The notes beneath the pieces are model-generated. The model was not told the DNA's origin, did no database searches, and saw nothing but the letters and a program-made list of their open reading frames with translations. Of a stretch of DNA of 64,000 bases, positions 21,501 to 33,500 are shown one piece after another. A program made the position numbers and the translations under genes. Position 1 is the stretch's first letter. Each line of letters starts with the position of its first letter. The stretch comes from Lama glama (lineage: Eukaryota), in NCBI GenBank assembly GCA_028534125.1, contig CM052849.1, positions 682,001-746,000 on the forward strand, given 5' to 3'.

Positions 21501-24500
21501 TAGCATTTTTTTAAGTAGTCACAAAATAAACATAAAATTTACCATCTTAACCATCTTTTAACCTGTAATTCAGTAGTGTTCCATACATTCATGTTGCACA
21601 ATGGGTCCTCAGAACCTTTCATCTCACTAAACTGAAACTCCGTGCCCTTGAAGCAGCAACTCCCCACCCCGCCCCCAGCCCCTGGCAAACCCCCTTCTAC
21701 TTTCTGTCTCTGTGAACTTGAAACTGTAGGAACTTCATGTAAGTGGAATCATGCAGTATCTGTGCTTGTGAGTGGCTTATGTTAACTAACATGTCTTCAA
21801 GGTTCATGCATATTGTATCTTGTGTCAGAATTTCCTTTTCATTGCTGAGTAATATTCCATCATGTGGTTGGACCCCCATTTTACTTACCCATTCATCCAT
21901 CAATAGACAACTTGGGTTGCTTCCACCTCTTAGCTACTGTGACTAATACTGCTATGAAGGTAGATGTACAAATATTCTTTGAGACTCTAATTTCAGTTCT
22001 TCTGTGTATAAATCCAAAAGTGGAACTGCTGGGTCATAGGTGATTCTCTTTTTTGTCAGAGTGGGTGTGGTGGGAAGGATCCGGGCATCGGAGCCCCCGT
22101 CAGCCTCCCAGGCTCTGTGTACTCTCGAGGAGTCGGGCTGACTGGTGGGTAAGTTCTCCTCGAGGAAACACCCTGCAGCTCACAGACTTCAGGAGCTGAA
22201 AGGCGCTCCGAGGGCCCGGGTGGTCCTTGCTGATGCCTTACAAAGACCAATGCTGGCTCAGCTGAACTTTTTTGGTTAAAATGAGAAATCCCCAGCGCAG
22301 TTTGGCTTAAGCAGAAAAGTGACTGAATTGGCATCTTGGGTTATCTCCTGTATAACAGACCTGCCAGCTTAAAGCCCCGGTTTCATTGCTTGTGATTCTG
22401 CACATAGGCAAGGCTCCTCATGGAACCTGTGGGGGTCAGGCAGCCTGGGGCTAGAAGCCTGGGGTCCTGTGTCCCAGGCCTTAGTTCTCACGGGGGACTG
22501 GGTTCTTCGGTCCTCTCGGTGTGGACAGCTAGGACCTCCCTCAGCACAGTGGTCTCAGGGTGTCCGGACTCCCTGCATAGCAGCTGGCTCTCTCCAGAGC
22601 GCAGGTGCTGGGCTGCTGGGCCTCCCTTAAGGCCACAAGTGCCACCACACTGCTTCTGTTGCTTCTATTAGCTAAAACCTCCAGGCTCCCCCACCGCCCT
22701 CCTCACCACCCTTGAGATATCTGCTCTTCTGCCTTTCCTAAGGGGGTGCCAGCTGGTCGTTCTGGTGTCCGGCAGGATCCTGGTTGGGTCTTGGCACTGT
22801 GGTCTTGCAGTCCCACAGCCCCAACCCTCCTGTCTCTCTAGCCCTTCCTGAGGTGCACTCCTCATGGCCCAGAGAGGCAGCCACCTCCTTCTCACAACTG
22901 CTTCCTCCAGCCGTCAGCCTGTGGGGAGGGTGGCACGTTCTCAGTGGCAGCTGGCAGACCCTGGCCCAGGAGGGTGTGGCCCTGCCAGCCTGAGTGATGA
23001 CGCCTCCAGTCCCTTCCCCGTGCTCTCTGCACGGCCCTCCTGTAGCCAACGGACAGGCCCTTCTCCTGAAGGTTAAGGTGGGACTACTGGGGTCTGCACC
23101 GTCTGGCAGGCGGGCTCTCCTTGGGCCTTTGACCGCTTTCTGCTGCTGGTGCAGGTGCAAGTGCAGGCTGTGTCAGGCCCGTCTCGTGAGCCCTTAGAAC
23201 CAGTGCCCAGGGCAGCCGGGCTGTATTTCCCAGCATGGAACCACTTTGAGCACACCACGTGCCCCAGGTCCGGTCAGCTGCCACCTGGCCGAATGTGAGC
23301 TATCGCTCTGGAGCTCTGGCTCAGGGACCAAGCCAGAGCCGCCAGCGTGACCAGGGCCTATTGCGTAGCTGTGTTGTTGGAACTCAGTAAGTTCTGGAGC
23401 AAAACAATGCGGGGTGTGATTCCCAGCCTTGCCTTGCACTGCTCCTTGCTCCCCAAGACAGGAAGGCCTTCACACTTGGTGCGCCTGTTCTCTGGTGGCC
23501 GTGCATAGCTGCTTCCCCTGCGACCTCGTGATGACCAACATGGGCAAGAATGCACGTCCCCTGGTCCTGACATTCATGCCAGCCCTTACTGCAGGGTTAC
23601 ATCAAGAAGGCCGGCTCTCCGTGGACTTTGCCACCACGCAGATGCTCGGGAGGGCTCCAGGGAGCTGGAGCGTGGTGAGGGAAGTGGGCCTTGCTTTGCC
23701 GCCACTGGTCCTGCCCAGCTGCCAGAGGGCCAGGTGGGAAAGCTGGGGCAGGTTCCCTGTGTCTGGGCTGCCGGCCAAGTGCAGACCTATGGGAGGGAAG
23801 ATGGCACCACTGTGTAAGCCACACAGTTGTGTGGCTGTTGGCACGAAGAGCTCGTGGCCTTTATAAGTGTGCGCCCCGGGAGGGGCGGGGTCTTGTCCCA
23901 GGGGTCTGTCTCTGAGTGCCTGGGTCTGCAGGCTCGGTCATTCCAGTGATTGATGCTTTGTCCCACTTTCTGACTTGCAGCTATTTGAAGTCGCTTGGAG
24001 AGTCTTAGCAGATTATACTTTAACTGAAAGTTAAATCACTCCCTTTACTCACAGGTCATTTACCAGTGGCCTATTTTTCTTCCTAGGAGCAGTGGTTCAA
24101 GATATTGTTTGAATGACCAGTATTTTAAATGGCTGAGTCTGTGTCTATTCTCCAGTGAATAAAAGCAAGGTAGATGTTATATTTCTTTTTTCTTTCTTCC
24201 AGGCAAGCCAATTTTTTCAGTTGATATTCACCCTGACGGAACCAAGTTCGCAACTGGAGGACAAGGTATGTTGACAGAGCACTAGAGGGGCTCCTGCCCG
24301 CTGCCGTGCCCTACTGCCCCCGGTGGCCCACGAGCTGGAGAGAGGATGTGCTGATCTTCAGAACGGATGTGACAGTTTACATCTGAACAGGCCACCTCAA
24401 AACCTGTTTTTGGCCCCAGTGTGCTCTGTAAATATTTTGGTGGCAGGTTTATCTTCATGACTCCTATTGATTGGGTTAATACTGAAATCAGTCTACATCC

Positions 24501-27500
24501 CGGGCCCAACCTGATTGAGCATGGAGAGTGGCCCGGCCCCGGAGGCAAGGGCTCTGGGTCCCTTGTCAGAGCTCCGGCAGCATTTTCTCACCCCAGGAGG
24601 GAGGAGGTGGTTGAATAATGAAGTCAGTTATGTAGTTATTAGGCCCATTTTCTGGGCTCAGAGAAGCTCGACTGGAGTTCCACTGCATCACCCAGGAGCT
24701 CTGGGCCTGGCTGGGGGGGCCGGGGTTTTCTCCTTGTCTGCCAGAGGAGCTGCACCTCCCACCTACTCGGTGTAGGAAGGCCCAGGAGAGCCGCCCAGAA
24801 AGTGTGCTGAGCGGGCCAGGTAGCAACTTCAGGTGTGCTTAATGGAAATTTTGACGCATCCATTTCCAGGCATTTTCAGGTCCTGCCATTGATGACACAA
24901 AGTTAGGTGAGGGCTGCCCTTTTGTCAGTTGTCAGTAACGGAAGTCAGAAAGAGAAGCCATTATGGAAAGGCAAAGCAGAGTGTACATCACCTTATGACC
25001 CCAGGAACCCTGAATGCCCTCTTAGTTGACGTCCCATCTATAGGTGACTGCAAGGGGCCGATGAGGTCATGATCTGTCCCCTCTCTTGTGTGAGGGCCCA
25101 TTTCAGACTTGGTTCTCAAAGCATCCGGGCAGCTGTGGGAGCAGCAGCTGGGCTGCCCGAGCGCAGAGCTGGGGGCACTCCGGGACGTCGGCTTTTCCAG
25201 CCTCTTTGCATTACAGATGAGGGTCTGTGTCCTGGGTGGGGGTGAGGACCTTCATGGGGCCCCTGGTGGATCCGTGCTAGAGGCCAGACTGGAGTTGAGT
25301 CCAGGGTTGTTCCTTTAGAGTCAGGCTGTCCTCAGCCTCCTCCCGAGTCTGCCATTTCTGATCCCTGGCCTGCATTTCCCCTTACTTGTGCCTGTGATGT
25401 CCGTGAGCAATTCTGGTTCCTCTGATCTGGTTACCCCTGACTTGGGACAGCTGAGTGAAGACAGTCACAGGCTCCTGCTGGCACTCCTTACACATTGGGT
25501 TGTTTCTGCTCCNNNNNNNNNNNNNNNNNNNNNNNNNNNNNNNNNNNNNNNNNNNNNNNNNNNNNNNNNNNNNNNNNNNNNNNNNNNNNNNNNNNNNNNN
25601 NNNNNNNNNNNNNNNNNNNNNNNNNNNNNNNNNNNNNNNNNNNNNNNNNNNNTGCAGGCTTTGCGTGTCGGCACAGTGCCCAAGGTTAGCACGCGTGTCT
25701 GTGACTAGTGCGGCGGTAGCCCCCTCGGCCTGCCGTCTGAAGGCACAGATGCTGCTGCACGCCTGGGNNNNNNNNNNNNNNNNNNNNNNNNNNNNNNNNN
25801 NNNNNNNNNNNNNNNNNNNNNNNNNNNNNNNNNNNNNNNNNNNNNNNNNNNNNNNNNNNNNNNNNNNNNNNNNNNNNNNNNNNNNNNNNNNNNNNNNNNG
25901 CAGTAGGGATCTGGGGAAGGGTGCCCAAGAGACAGCTCACCACAGTTTCAGAAGGCCACCATGTGGCTCCCGGGCCCCTGCTGGCACCTGTGGCCTTTGG
26001 ACAGTGTTGTGGTTTCCTGTCCTGTGTTCATGCCTGGGTCTCCAGCCCCTGCACCTCAGGGTAGCTGTACCTGGCTCTGGTCCCCACCTCACCGCCTCCC
26101 TGAGATGCTCCCTAGCCATTGTGTCCCCTTCCTTTGCACTGCACCCTCCTGCTCTCCCGGCCTCGGTGTCCTCTGGCCGGAGCACAAGTCACTCACAGGC
26201 CACGTGTGGACCACACATTGTAACATCCCTCCTGTCACGGGGCTTCCCAAGGCCCTGAACCACCAGGACCAGAGAGGTTCTGCTGCTCTCAGTTTATAAG
26301 TGCAGGACCAGTCTACCTGCAGTGCTGACAAGTTTGGGAGATCTGGATTTAAAAGAGCTGATAGGTGGCTTGGAGTCAGAGTTTTATGCTCTACCAAGCC
26401 ACTCCCCTGAAAGTTCTGGAAAAGGCACCTAGACCTTTTTAGCAAATGCCCTCATTGCAAGAATTCTCTCTACTTGGAAAGAGCTACTGTCATCATTAGG
26501 CTGCCCTTTTGAAATGATGAGATTTAGTTATTTATCAGTTTCCCTGGAAATGAGCCTCCCTCTGCCGACTGATCCAGCGCCGCCACTTCTCAGATAACAT
26601 AGCTTCCCCTCCAGACCTTGCTCTGGCTCATTCTTGCAGCATGAGTAGGTCAGTGCTTGAACGGGGTGGTTCTTCGGGGGCCCTCACACCACAGGTGCCT
26701 GGAGGAGATGAGGCGGGTTAGGTTTTGTGAACCCTCTGCATCTTGCCAAATGGCANNNNNNNNNNNNNNNNNNNNNNNNNNNNNNNNNNNNNNNNNNNNN
26801 NNNNNNNNNNNNNNNNNNNNNNNNNNNNNNNNNNNNNNNNNNNNNNNNNNNNNNNNNNNNNNNNNNNNNNNNNNNNNNNNNNNNNNNNNNNNNNNNNNNN
26901 NNNNNNNNNNNNNNNNNNNNNNNNNNNNNNNNNNNNTTTTAGAAGCTTCTTTGCTGGTCTCCATCACAGCACTTTCCTCCTACCGGCACCAGTCCCCAGG
27001 GCTCAACTGGGGCCTGAGCAGGAAGGCAGGTGCCCCCAGCTGCCTGGGGACCTGCTCAGTGCCCCTTTTGGGGCTGCAGGGCTTCTGCTTGAAAGGGAGG
27101 ATTAATCCCTACCGGGGCTGACGTCGGTGGCTCCCTTGTTCTGTCCTTCAGATGAAGCCCCCAACACAGATGGTGAAGTCAGGGTGCTCTGACGGAATCC
27201 TGGGCAGGAGTGTGGGCCACCCTTGTGGCTGTTCCCCTTTATCTGGCAGCCTCTCCTGGGGTCCTGGGGAGCCCGTGCTGTCCCTAAAAACCCCTGTTCT
27301 GCACCCATGATGCACTCACACCTCCTGGAGACTGTCCTGTGAACCTAGGCCGAGTCCCTCAGGCTGGGTCCTGGGACACCGGGGCCACCAGACTGGGGAC
27401 CAGACCCTCCCCTCCTGCTCAGCTGGAGTGGCCTCTGGCCATGGCTTGGAAAGGAAAGACTGTCTCCTTCGGCCCAGCCAGCTGCTCCTGTGAGCTCTTC

Positions 27501-30500
27501 CCTAGGGCTCAGGAGGACTTACAGGAGTGAAGAGGCTCATTGATGCCACACCTGCAGGACCCAGGACTGCTTGTGGGGCAGAAGCCACGCCCCTGGCTGA
27601 GCACTTCTGTGCCTCAGCTCTGATGACAGAGGTGTTCAAGTCATTACAGGAGGGCTGGAAAGTTGCTCCTGAAGCTGTTGCTTAGCCAACATGAACAGCA
27701 CATTTGGTACACAATTCGGAAATCTGAACAAATGTTAAAGAAAAGCACCACAATCCCACCACCTAAGAAAAGCCACGGTTAATATGTTGGAATTTTTCCT
27801 GTGTGTCCTTCTGGTCCACCTTCCATGCGAGGATGGTGTGTGTGGTCTCCTGTTCTCCACGATGGCCTGCAGGCTGCTGCTGTCACTAGTTATACCCTAG
27901 GGCGGGTCCTGCGTGGCAGCTATGCGATGTTCCCCCTGGGCACAGACCCTCCCTTGCCTAGTCAGCCCTGTTCTCCAGCGGGGCACCCCGCAATCACGGT
28001 CTGTCTGTCTGCTGTGTGGTGCCGGGGTTCTGGGGCGCCCTCCTGACCCCCCTTTCATGCAGGTACATCGGGCCCAGCACCGTGCTCGGCTCCAGCGGCG
28101 AGCTGGCCAACGTGGAGCAGTGGCGATGTGTGTCCATCCTGCGGAGCCACTCAGGGGGTGAGTGGGCGGTCCAGGGGTGGGCGGCCCCAGGACTGCCTGG
28201 GTCCTGAGAACAGCCCTGAGCTTGGGCCACCCTCCCCATCACCGTCGGTCAGACCTTGCCATCCCTCGAAGTCCGTGTAGTCACCGTCCCCACTCCTGCC
28301 TTCATGGGGTGTATGTTTGTATCTTTAATGTAGAACTCCCCACGTTCCGCTGTTTATCCTGATGAACTGAGTCACTACCTCCATCAGTGGATCACTCAGT
28401 CCGTAAGCGCACTTTATTTATTCCACAGAAACCCGCACACTGGGGCCACCAGAAGGCTTTTTACCTGACTTTGCATGTGTATGCAGAGTGTTTGAAGTAG
28501 ATTTGGTGTGGAAGGAGACGGTTGTTCAGACGGGACTGAAGCTGATAGCGCTCAGTTAGATGCCAGGGCTGCCTCAGAGAGCCCACGGTCCAGCCAGGAG
28601 TGGCCAGAAGGGTTTGCCAGGCAGGGCAGCAGAGGCCAGAGAGGCTTGGTGTCAGAGCAGGTTGGCGGCATCAGCACTGCTGGGTCTTGCCATGTGACGT
28701 GCAAGACAGCGAACATGGGGCCAGGGTGGGGAAGGCTTGAGCTGCTGGTTCACGAGGGTGTTCTTCATCTGGGAAGAGGCAGGAGGTGGAAGCGGGGCAT
28801 CTGCTGGCAGTGCAGCAGGGTAAGCAGTTTCAGTGGTTTGGACGAAAGCTGCAAGGGCCCAAGCCGGGCCTTTGACAGCTGGGGCGGGAGACTGGGGCTT
28901 CGTAGGGCAGAGCAGGTGCCACCCTGCAGAGCTGGTGGTACAGACATGTGGCTTACCCTTACCTGCCCACAGGGCTCATAGTGGGGTCCTAGATGAGCCT
29001 CCCTGGAGTGCGGACAAGGGTCTGTGAGGTCATCCAAGCGTAGGGCGGGGCTCCCATGAGGATGCTCCTAGGGCCTCTCACCTGAGACCCTGGCTGAGCC
29101 ATGACCTCGAACCTCTCCTGAGCTACCCCCCGGGCTCCTCTCCCAGGCGGCGGGGCTGCCCACCTTCAGCAGGTACCTGCCACTCCTTTGCATGGTCCTG
29201 GTAGCAGGTGTGGGCAGAACCATTTAAGAAGGAAAAAAGAAAATCCGTGAAAAAGCAGAAATACATGAATAGAAAGCATTGGTCTTTGAAAGTTAAGTGT
29301 GAAAAACATATACTTCGCACATTTAATCGGGATAGGAGAAAAAAAACCATAGAAAAAATTAGAAATAAAAGGTCTAAAAACATACTTAACCCACAGGGAA
29401 AAAAGACAACAAAGAGAGCACAATGTGATGTTTATAGTATTGGACTGAAAAACCAAACAAAATACTAAGAGGAATGGAGTTTTCTAAAAAACACTTGTTT
29501 TCAAAATGGATACAGTAGGGTTAGGAAAATCTGAACAAAGTAGAAACTATTGAAGAAGCTGGAAGTTACCTTCAGAAATGGCTCCTGATCCTGAGTTATT
29601 TGTCGATGTGTTGTTTCAAACAATTAAGAAAAACTGTCCTGGAACATAGAAATATTTGTTCTTCAAAGGAAGCTATTACCCTGCATTTCCAAAACCTAAT
29701 AAACAATAATGAGACAAAAGCATAGACAAATATGAATAAAGCTAGAGAAATCACAAACAGAATACTTGTGAATTTAGGAGCATTTTAAAGCAGTCACTTA
29801 TTTTGACTAAATGTGATTTACAATGGGAGAATTCTGTGTAACGTTCTCTTTTAACTGTCTTAGCACACCAGGAGGTTAAGTGAGAGATGCCAGAGTTATC
29901 CTGGGAGGTGTTCTGAAAGGAGTATTAGATCATTCAGCATCAATTCCCAATACAAATGCTTTTTAAAAATGGCTGTAGAAAGCTGGTTCCTTCACATCAT
30001 AAGAGTCAGCCTGGGGCAGGTGTTACAGCTCATGGCCTGTTCCCACTGACGCAGAGCAGAGCCAGGTGTGGGCGCTAGCACTCTGTGTATTACTCGGGAA
30101 GTTATGCAGTCCAGCTAAACAGAACCAGAAGAAGGAGACAGACTGCAGGATAACCCCACTGTGAGCTGGTGTGAGGATGGCGGCGTTGCACATCAGGGAA
30201 GCCCGAGGAGTGAAGCCCTTACAGCTTAGAAACCATCGAAAAACACTTCGGGCTCATAAAGATGAGTCATGGAACTGGCCTCATCTAAGGAGATTTTTAA
30301 TTGTCTTTCACTAGTAACAGCCAGTTGGATGGAGTAGCTGATGATAAAAAGAGACCCCTCACACAGTAGGATCAAAAATCATAAATACTCAGGAATAATT
30401 TTCCCAAGAAATGTGTGAGAGGTCTGAGACTTAAGCCGCAAATCTTTTTTGAGAAATGAAATGACCACTTCATCAGTGGAAAGACTAAATATTTTTAAAA

Positions 30501-33500
30501 TAAAGATGTTATTTTTTCCCAAAGTAATATTTATTATTCATTTAACAAATAATTATTGAGTGCCTGGTATATTCCAGGTGCTGTTCCACCCCCAGGGAGT
30601 TCACATTCTTGTGAGAGAGACAGTCAACAAGCCACGAAAGACCCTGGAAGATAAGTGCAGTTTTACTCAGATTCCAAGGAGGGTCTCACTGAGAAGGTGG
30701 CTTCCTAGGGGAGACCACACGAAGGTGAGGGGACACCTGTGTGGGCATCCAGAGAGCTTTCCAGGAGGAGGGAGCAACCAGGGTAACAGCCCTGGGGTGT
30801 ACACACGTGCTTGGTGGGTTGAGGGACGACTCCGGACTGTGGCCTTAGCGGTGGAAGGGGTGTGGGTGCCGTCCTGCGAGGCGGGGTGTGGCCTCACGGA
30901 GGGGCTGCTGGGTGAGTGGGCCTAGTAGCTGGGCATTTGGGTATGTGGGCACTGAATCAGGGGAGAAGTGTGGGTGGGAGCAGAGGCCTAGGGTGGAGCC
31001 CGAGTCAGAAGAGAGCAAACTGCAGGTATTTGTTGCTTTGAGGCCAGGACTGAGCACTGGGCTTGACGGCCAGCAGCAGCCCCAGCAGATGTAGCTCATG
31101 CCCGTGCTATCAGGTGAAGGCCTGAGGGGAGGAGCCAGGGGAGACCAGGTGGGGTGGGGCTGGGCGGAGGCAGCTGGTCTTGTCAGGGGCTTATGAGGAC
31201 AGGAGGGTGACGGGGAGGCCCACAGTGGGTGGTGGACGCCCAGCTCCAAGCGGTGTCTGCAATGGAGAGGCTGCTGCACCCAGAAGACCTGTCAGAGAGT
31301 GGGCCAGAGCCACCGAGCTGGTGGGGGGCGTGGGACGCGGGAATGAGGCCAGGCCGGGTCATGGTGACCTTTCAGGGATGGTCTCTGGGCATGACCAGGG
31401 GAACGAGTAGCCGTGGCCATGGAAACCAAGGTCACGGGAGCTGGTGGAGGAGGTCAGGGTGTTAGAAGACCATCTGCTTGGACTCACCCAGAATGGTAGT
31501 GGAGAGTTGGCAGGAACGTCAGTGACCAGAAACGTAAATTGAGTGCAGGGAGGGTCCAGGTGTGTGCAGAGCCATGGTGAGAAGAGGGCTGGGGTGGTCT
31601 GAAGACAGACGCTCCAAACCTGGGGTTCTGGAGGAAGTCGTGTCACGTGAGTGGGTCTGCCGCACGACTCAGCACGACTCCAGAGGGCGTCTGGAAGAAT
31701 GAGCAGGGACCTGGAAGAACTTCAGTGCTGGGCAGAGGCAACCACGTCGAAGTAGGCTTCAGTGCACCTGAGCACCTGGCGTGTCATGAAGGCCACATTG
31801 ATGGTCGGTGATGTCGGGAGAGGGTCGCTCCCCGCATGAGGTAGCAAGCAGCTCTTGGTGACCTCGAGGACAGTGACCTCGAGCCTCAGCTGAAGACAGC
31901 ACAGTGGACTCTAGACATTAGAGAAGCGTTCTAAGTCTCACCCGGAGGCCTTTCTGGAGGCACCACAGAGCAGGACCGCAGGGAGATGCCGCGGGGTGCG
32001 CATCTGCCCTCCCAGCTCTCAGGCCTCCCTTTGTGGACGCTGCATTTACATCAGAGCCGCTGGCACAGAAGACCTCCCAGCAGAGGGTAGGAGCAGGGGT
32101 TGTCCACAGAGACGACCTCAGACACAGAAGTAAAAAGTCTGCACTTCTGCTGCAAGTTAAAGTAAAATTTAAAATATAAAAGTGTGCTTAATAAGTGAGA
32201 AGGGGAAATCAGAATCCTCCAGCTAATAAGGGAGGTTTGAAACGGACGTTCTGCTGATGACAGCAGGAGGTCACAGGGTCTTGGTGAAGCCATCTGTGGC
32301 ATTGAGAGGAGCTAGACTCAGGAGCCAGAAGTTGATCCAGTGCTCCACCCCGATTCCTGCTGTGCGTGATTGGCCTCAGAGAGGACTCCAGGGTGCGCTC
32401 CTAGTCTGAGGCCCCAGGCCCAGCCCTCTGCAGAGCCAGGCCGGGTGTGGAGGTGGGCCCTGATCCCCGGACATGGTACGCAGTCAGAGCCTGCGTGACG
32501 GGCTGTCGCCAGGCTGCCTCCGAAGATGTAAAGTCCTCTGAGAGAAGGACTAGCCAGCCCCTGACTCCCTGCTGGGCATTCCCTCACCACCCCGCCATCT
32601 CCCGCGCCCGGCGAGGTGGGCACAGCTGGCCTGTGTCACCGCCCTGCTGTGTATTGCCATGTCTTTGTCTCATCCTCAGGGTAACCCTTAGGGGCTGGTG
32701 GTTTCTGTTCCATGTTTTGCAGACTTAAAAGCGAGTCAGACAGGAGCGCGATGAGTCGTGTGGGGGGCCGCAGGGATGGAGCCTCGGGGACTGGGCCACG
32801 GGGGGCGGGTCCCTCTTGAAGCAGGCCGGGCTGCTGAGCTCTGACGTGTGCCAGGTGTCCTGCCAGGTGCCTGACGCCCCCTGGGGACATCCCGGTTGGG
32901 AGCGGAGAAGCCAGCTTAGTGGTTCAGGGCTGAAAACCCGGTGGGTGTGGGTGGGCTCCCACAGCGGGCGGAGGCCACGGGGTGCTGTAGGTTCTGTGGC
33001 CAGAGGAAGAACCTAGGGGGAAGTTTCTCAGGTTGGTTCGTAAAGTCCAGTGAGGATGGGCCCAGGTTGAGTCTCCTCAGCAGTGAGAAGCCGCGGGCTA
33101 CTGAGCCCGCTGGTGGACAGGGTGGTCCCCAGGGCCCCTTCCTGAGTCTGTGGGCCCGATAAGAGACTCACTGCCAGCCCTTGTCTTCCAGACGTGATGG
33201 ACGTAGCGTGGTCGCCCCATGACGCCTGGCTGGCCTCGTGCAGCGTGGACAACACCGTCGTCATCTGGAATGCTGTCAAGTTCCCAGGTCTGGCCTCCTC
33301 TGACTGGCGGCCTGTCCGCAGCACTGCCTGATGGTGTCTGGAGTGGAGGGGGCTCCACCTCCGTCTGCCAGTAGCAGCAGAGTCTCACAGTCACTTGGTT
33401 CTAATTTATCAGTTACATTCAAGGTTTAAAAAGAGGTTGATGTTACAGGGAAACAGTAACTGCCTGCTTGCACGGACCTGCCACAGGGCAGGGGGTTCCT

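Noticed and set aside
25388-27121. Long ORFs containing X runs
   Set aside because: They are open only because they cross N gaps.
24266-28062. HIRA pseudogenisation or loss of exons 3-4
   Set aside because: All visible exons are intact with canonical splice sites, and gaps of suitable size lie where the exons are expected.
29123-29468. Hydrophobic (minus) and Lys-rich (plus) small ORFs resembling membrane or basic peptides
   Set aside because: Translations of an A-rich decayed L1 segment.
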